Source of the DNA: Chloropicon primus
Lineage: Eukaryota
Length of the DNA stretch: 64,000 nucleotides
Reading direction: 5' to 3'
Assembly (NCBI GenBank): GCA_023205875.1
Contig: CP060757.1
Location: 1,302,001-1,366,000 of the forward strand
Position 1 is the stretch's first letter. The number at the start of each line of letters is the position of its first letter. A program made the position numbers and the translations under genes. The notes below the pieces were generated by a model. It made no database searches, was not told the origin of the DNA, and saw nothing but the letters and a program-made list of their open reading frames with translations. Below are positions 58,775-64,000 of the stretch, piece by piece.

Positions 58775-60289
58775 TTAATTGCTTTGCTGAACGTTCTGCT
58801 GGTTTACTCTTATTGTCACCGTTTTCATTCTGTGCTCCCTGAACTCCACGTAGCTTCCTGTGAACAAGGAGGTCATGAAGGACAAGGACAGGAAGAAGGC
58901 GAAGAACACGCCGAGGATGCTCAGGGGGCACCACCTGGCGTCTCCGGCCCGGCAGTTCAACTTCGCTGACGTGATCCCAGCTGCGGCGGCGAAGGTGCAG
59001 AACGTGAGGAGGGACGCCAGGGAGTCGTAGACTATTCTGGCGTAGATCAGATTTTCCTTGAACTGCGCGCCAGAACTCTGCACGATTCCCTTGTATTCCT
59101 GGGCGGCGGGCGCAAACTCGGGGCCACCTCCTTCGCCACCTTTCCCGACGGGGCTCGAGGTCCCCCCCGTCAGGGAGAGGTCTATGGCGCTGATCGCTGC
59201 AATCCCAAAGCTTTGGGGAGGGGGGAAGGAAAACGACAAGCGAGGATTCTTGACGCGTTTAGGCGGTGGACGAAGCCCGGCAGAACTCAGAATGGGAGCA
59301 ACTCACCTGATGATGAAAAGCGCGAGGGATATCCAAGTGATCACGTGAAACGCCGGGACGAATTCAAAGACGAGCTCCATCTCGTTGTCCTCGATCAAGA
59401 GGTAGCAGACCACGAAGGCGGCCATGCTCAGCAGCACCTGGACGACCCTGTTGATGAAGAGGGGAGAAATTTTGGCCCGCTCCTCCGACCTCTTCCCCAC
59501 GCCACTGGAGACGGTCTTGTAGAACCTCGTGGAGGCGTTGTACAGCTGCTGCAGAGGCGTGGTCGTGGCCGGAATCCCCAACCTCACCATCTGTTTCCGC
59601 CTCTCCTCGATGTAGTTCCATCCCAAGACGAGGGTTCCGGCGATGAAGATGGACTGGGCCAGCATGCAGGCGCTTGAGGCGTACTTGAAGTCGAAAATTT
59701 CGCCGACCTGGTCCTCGAGCGTCGGCAGGACTCTCGACGGTTGCGACGGTTGCGTCGCGTTGGCCGCCTCCGCGGGGGTGTAGTCGTCGAGCTGGTCGTA
59801 CATCACGTTGGTGAGCCCGAGGCAAGCGCACGCCGAGGTCATCGACAAGACGAGGAAGATGAAGTCGAAGCACAGCGCCAAGTAAGGAACGTTGTTGTCG
59901 ATCTTGTACCGGACGCTCTCGTGCTCGCTGGTGCCCCCCACGAGGCTCAGGTCCACCAGGAGCAGGAGCAGGAACAGAATCGAGCCAACAAACGTGATGA
60001 CCGCAATAGTGGTCAGGTAAACGTACGCCGGGAAGGCGAACATGGTGCTGATGACGCCGGCGTCGATGATGACCAAGCCCTCCCTCTTCACCCGAACCGG
60101 GATACCCTTCGGAAGGTCGACGCAGGTCGACAGCACAACGGCCGTAAGGCCGAAGACTATCTGCAACCCTCTCATCATCAGCGTCAGTCGCTTCACTCTG
60201 AAAGCATCGTTCCCGCTGCCCCGAAGCGTCGCCCTTAGCCTCTCGTACCACGACGGCACCTTCACCTCCTCCGCGTACACCGCACCCAT
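58775..60289 (-). CDS. Multi-pass membrane protein with two related 4-TM (MARVEL/CASP-like) halves; exons 60289-59307, 59210-58775
   Basis: About 8 TM segments; each half has (L/V)Q..., DLSL.GGTS and (F/Y)D....L..T; the intron keeps the frame. Confidence 0.72.
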
Positions 60290-60391
60290 CCTCTCTCTCT
60301 GTCTCGTTCGCCCTCGTCCTCGCCCTCGTGCTCGGCCGTTAAACCGGAGAGAGAGAAGAAGAGGGCCAGGGGCCGGCCAAGGTGAGCGGCC

Positions 60392-61933
60392 ATGATGTTG
60401 AGGCTCAAGACGCTGAAGAGGAGTTGGAGCACGGGGAGGAGCTGGAGCTGGAGTTGGAGGGACGACGAGGACGTTCCGCGGGAGGAAACTTACCTCCTGC
60501 GAAGCGGGAAGCGTTACGAGGAGGGGGAGGAGGAAGACGAGGAGAGAGAGGGCCTCGTACGGCACATGTTCTCAACAGGAGCCTGGAGAGTACTACCTTT
60601 GCTGCTTCTGACTGGCGTGGGATATTCCATACTGCTTCCGGAGCTTCCCTCCATGTGCACCAACTACTTTGCGAAGAGGGATTGCAGCGCGGCGCCCATG
60701 GCGGAGGGCTGCGACGACGCCCACTGGCGGTGCGTAAGTTTCCAATCAAAATGGATGTTTCTGAACCACTCGGTGTTCTCCTTCATTCTTGCTCCTCTTT
60801 TCGGCAAGCTGTCGGATCAGGTGGGGAGGAAGCTTTTCCTTGTCCTTGGAACCTTCATCAGCGCTCTGCCCGCGGTGGGGTTCACGTTCATCGCCTTCGA
60901 CCTCGCAGACTTCAGCTTCTGCTTTCCTTTGATCAGTTTCGGCGTTGCCTTGGGCAGCTTCAACGCGATTTTAGCGTACGTCTCTGACTGCGTCCAGCCA
61001 CGCTACCGAACAGAAGCCATCAGCATTCTGCTTGGGGAGATGCTGTTCGGAGTCATCGTGGGTCCGCACCTCAGTCGGCTCGGGACGGCTCGGACGCACG
61101 GCGTAGTCGCTTGCGTCATCTTCTCGCTCGCTCTGGTCTGGTCCATGTTTGTGCCAGAGAGCCTCACCAGGGAGAAAAGGGCCCGCAAGCTGAGGATCGC
61201 CGAGCCTGGTTCTCTCAAGTGCGTCTTGTCCCTCTTTCGATCGAGCACGTTCCTCATTCTGGCTTCGATCGCGTGCATCGGCTCGATGACCTCCGAAGGG
61301 AGCCAGGAAATCGCCGCCCAGTTCCTCCAGTTGGTGAACGGCTGGTCGACCGGAGACCAAGCGAACTTGATTGAAATGATCGGAGTTTCAGGAATCGTGG
61401 TACAGTTCGCGTTGATACCCTTTCTCCTTTCAGTGGTGAAGAAAAACGAGAGCATGATCATCGTGGTCACCAATCTCTGCCTGGCTGCTTTGAATGTAGC
61501 GATTTGCTTTTGCAGCGGCAGGAGCAAATGGTACGGTCGAGCTCCATTCGGTTTGATCTTCCTCGCAGGAATTCTACTGACCCCTAAACTGGCCTCTGTC
61601 TCTTCTAGGTTGGCTTTGATCCTCCAAAGTCTCACGTTCATTGGACTCGTGCCCTTCACGATCAGCGCTGGAATTCTCTCCAAGGCAGTGTCCGCACGGC
61701 ACCAGGGAATGGTGGCTGGCGTCATTGGCGGGGTGAGAGCCCAAGCTTATGGCCTCGGTCCCGTGATTTACGCTTCCATTTTCAGGGTATTCACACAAAC
61801 GGGGAGCAACCTACCTTACTTGCCGGGAGCTTCCTACCTGTTCAGTGCCGTGATGATGGCCCTCTGCTCGTTACTGGCGCTCTTCCTTGACAGCGCCGGC
61901 CGCATCGTGGTAGCGAGCGACGACGACTTGTGA
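60392..61933 (+). CDS. MFS transporter (MFSD14/HIAT1/TetA-like); probable 78-nt intron 61531-61608
   Basis: FGKLSDQVGRK motif A, LAYVSD, VPESL, QGMVAG...GLGP, PGA; ~12 TM. Confidence 0.9.
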   Translation: MMLRLKTLKRSWSTGRSWSWSWRDDEDVPREETYLLRSGKRYEEGEEEDEEREGLVRHMFSTGAWRVLPLLLLTGVGYSILLPELPSMCTNYFAKRDCSAAPMAEGCDDAHWRCVSFQSKWMFLNHSVFSFILAPLFGKLSDQVGRKLFLVLGTFISALPAVGFTFIAFDLADFSFCFPLISFGVALGSFNAILAYVSDCVQPRYRTEAISILLGEMLFGVIVGPHLSRLGTARTHGVVACVIFSLALVWSMFVPESLTREKRARKLRIAEPGSLKCVLSLFRSSTFLILASIACIGSMTSEGSQEIAAQFLQLVNGWSTGDQANLIEMIGVSGIVVQFALIPFLLSVVKKNESMIIVVTNLCLAALNVAICFCSGRSKWYGRAPFGLIFLAGILLTPKLASVSSRLALILQSLTFIGLVPFTISAGILSKAVSARHQGMVAGVIGGVRAQAYGLGPVIYASIFRVFTQTGSNLPYLPGASYLFSAVMMALCSLLALFLDSAGRIVVASDDDL

Positions 61934-62090
61934 CGAACGAATATTTGCATTACAAAAAAAAGTATTGAACCGCAACCGACCTTGGTGCTCTGTCGAAGCA
62001 GTCGTCCGCGGCGGCCTTGTGATCGCCCGTTATTTTTCAGCTGAAGGGAGAACGAGAGAAAGGAAGGAACTTCCAGGAGGACGTTTACTT

Positions 62091-63050
62091 TTATCGCCTT
62101 CGACCTCGCAGACTTCGCCTTCTGCCTTTCCTTTGTTCAGTTTCGGCGTTGCCTTGGGCGATGCTTCGTCCAGGCCAAGCATGACCCCCTCGGGTTTTGC
62201 ACGAGCAATCGTATCAGATCGCGGCGGCGAACCTATCAGCATCATACGGTCTTGGCGATCACTGTAAGGAAGGGTTGGGCGGCGTGCGCGTAAGTCGTCT
62301 CTTCTTCTTTGGGGTGGGGTGCAGTTTGGATGTTTGGAGTGCGCCGGTGAGATGAGTCGCATCTTCGTGCCAAGCAAGAAGGTTGGATTGGGGGCTGGGC
62401 TGCCCCCGGACATGGACAATGCCGGCTACCGAAGAGCTAGGAGCAAGGAAAGTCTGTTGCAGATCGCCCAGTATGTGAACAGGCAGGAGTGGCTGGAGCT
62501 TGCGAATGGCGCCAACGCTGCCCAAAAAAAGCACGCGGCGACCTCAAACGGACTTGTGATGGGGCTCTTTTGGGGTACGATTGGCGTCTGCTTCTGCCCG
62601 CTCATGTGCTACGGATGTTTCGTGGATGTGGAGGGCAAGATGAACGCGGACATCGAGAAGCTGCCCGTCACGCAAAGGCTCAAGGAGCGTGGGATCACGT
62701 TGCACTTTGTCCCCAAGTCTGGAAAATTCGACATGGGCGGCATGAGCTTCACAATCTCGCCGAGGACGCCATCTCCGCCCCCACCGGTGTAGTTGTTGAT
62801 GGGGTTGTATACCAACGCGGGAATGGTACGTTGTCTAATTCTTGGTCATTTGGGCAAGAAAGATCACTACCCAGCTCTCTCTGTCTTCTAGGTCTTCAAA
62901 GTCTCACGTTCACTTGGACTTGTCGTCTCGTGCCCTTCACGATCAGCGCTGGAATTCTCTCCAACGCCGGCACGACGACTACAACGACGACTACGACTAC
63001 GAATGATATTGTATTTACAAAAAATATTGAACCGCAACCGACCTCTGTTC
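62091..63050 (+). pseudogene. Fragmented second copy of the MFS gene (pieces at ~62091-62245 and ~62881-63050)
   Basis: 62091-62160 matches 60890-60958; 62881-62965 matches 61597-61683; 63000-63043 matches the MFS 3' UTR at 61935-61982. Confidence 0.8.
62352..62792 (+). CDS. Small Cys-rich hydrophobic protein (Erf4/CHIC-like)
   Basis: VNRQEW...N, hydrophobic CFCPLMCYGC patch, RGITLHF; host-like codons. Confidence 0.62.
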   Translation: MSRIFVPSKKVGLGAGLPPDMDNAGYRRARSKESLLQIAQYVNRQEWLELANGANAAQKKHAATSNGLVMGLFWGTIGVCFCPLMCYGCFVDVEGKMNADIEKLPVTQRLKERGITLHFVPKSGKFDMGGMSFTISPRTPSPPPPV

Positions 63051-63062
63051 CCTGTGTTGCCC

Positions 63063-63834
63063 TCAAGGTATCCTATCAAAGGGTGCCGTGTCCGCAAAGC
63101 ACCTGTCGAAGCAGTCGTCCACGGCCTTCTGCTGCTCCTCGCAGTCGCCGCAAGCGGGGTTCATCGCAATCGACAGCTTCGCCCTCCTCTTGACGCATTC
63201 CTGGTGCTGCTTCTTGAGCCCAAAGTTCCCCCTCAGCGTCTCAAACAACCAGCTGCAGTCCCCACTCAATGACGCCGCTCTGATCTCGCTGCACGTGTGG
63301 TGCTGGCAGTCGTTCCAGTCCAAGTTCTTCCCCCTGCAGTGGTCGTACGCATGGATCAGCTCGTGAGCCAGGAGGTTGTCCACCTGGGAGACAAAGGACG
63401 AAGGAGTTGGGTCAGCGCACAAAGCATTGGAACGAAGTGGCCCCTCCCTTCCTCCCTCGCGAGGGACAGAACAGAACAGAACGGAACGGGAACGGGAAGA
63501 ACAGGGGCGTCGCGCCTCGGCCCCAGCAGCGCAGCGTGCCCTCCGCGAGACCCCCCGCGCCTCGCCTTCGATTCCTTACCTCCTCCTGCGTCTGCACGTG
63601 GTTCTGGCAGACGACCACCCCCGACTTGGGCCTGAACCCTCCCGCAATGGAAGCGTCGCAGTGCTCCACCGTGAAGAACTTGTCCACATTCACTGCGCAC
63701 CCGAACTCTTCCATCTTGTCCAGTATGAAACGGGTCTTGGGGTCGCGTCGCAGCGTTCGGTCCACGTACCCCTCCACCCGCGCCTTCGCCTCCGCATCGC
63801 CCACCACCGGGGCTTGGCCCTCCCCCTCCTCCAT
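63063..63834 (-). CDS. ATP23: Mitochondrial inner-membrane metalloprotease ATP23; exons 63834-63580, 63383-63063
   Basis: AGGF, VVCQN, LAHELIHAYDHCR, HHTCSEIRAASLSGDC, CFADTAPF. Confidence 0.95.
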
Positions 63835-64000
63835 CGCGCAAGGGGGCCTCGATCTCGATCTGGCGAGAGACGAGGGAGAGGGAGGGGAGGAGAGGGGAAC
63901 AGAATATATAGAATATAGAACACAGACATTACGAGTCTTCGAAGCGGAGAGCCCAGCAGTCTCCCAGCCTCTGGGGATCCTTGTCGTCCCCCGTGAGGCC

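Overview
Very gene-dense, GC-rich eukaryotic nuclear DNA with short GT-AG introns. The gene content (plastid OEP24, SPX-MFS, ARG1-type DnaJ, AP2 domain) fits a compact green alga; a Chloropicon-like picoalga is my guess and is not verified. About 40 protein genes are supported: TMEM184/LAZ1 (partial), SPX-MFS, cis-prenyltransferase, TSNAXIP1, thioredoxin-like, GT29, OEP24 plus a divergent probable beta-barrel gene, a receptor kinase-guanylyl cyclase, GST zeta, APC11, ARG1-like DnaJ, purple acid phosphatase, RING-WD40, Hsp110, XRN, MATE, Deg14, snurportin, AGT, exportin-6-like, BRO1, moonraker-like, DUF1769, CDC27, AMT1/MTA1, MAPEG, MFS and ATP23. Most notable: (1) a BRO1/BROX protein fused to a TAXIMIN-like C-terminal module; (2) a cassette bounded by ~181-bp direct repeats that encodes a triple HARE-HTH protein, 4 kb from an AMT1-type DNA 6mA methyltransferase, with the repeat recurring as a dispersed family near gene starts; (3) a double-guide C/D snoRNA and a candidate H/ACA snoRNA inside the XRN introns; (4) two small secreted precursors with R(R/K)LL sites and a C-terminal Gly; (5) an AGT with a signal peptide and a KKEL tail. 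All family assignments are from motifs recognised by eye; no database search was run.
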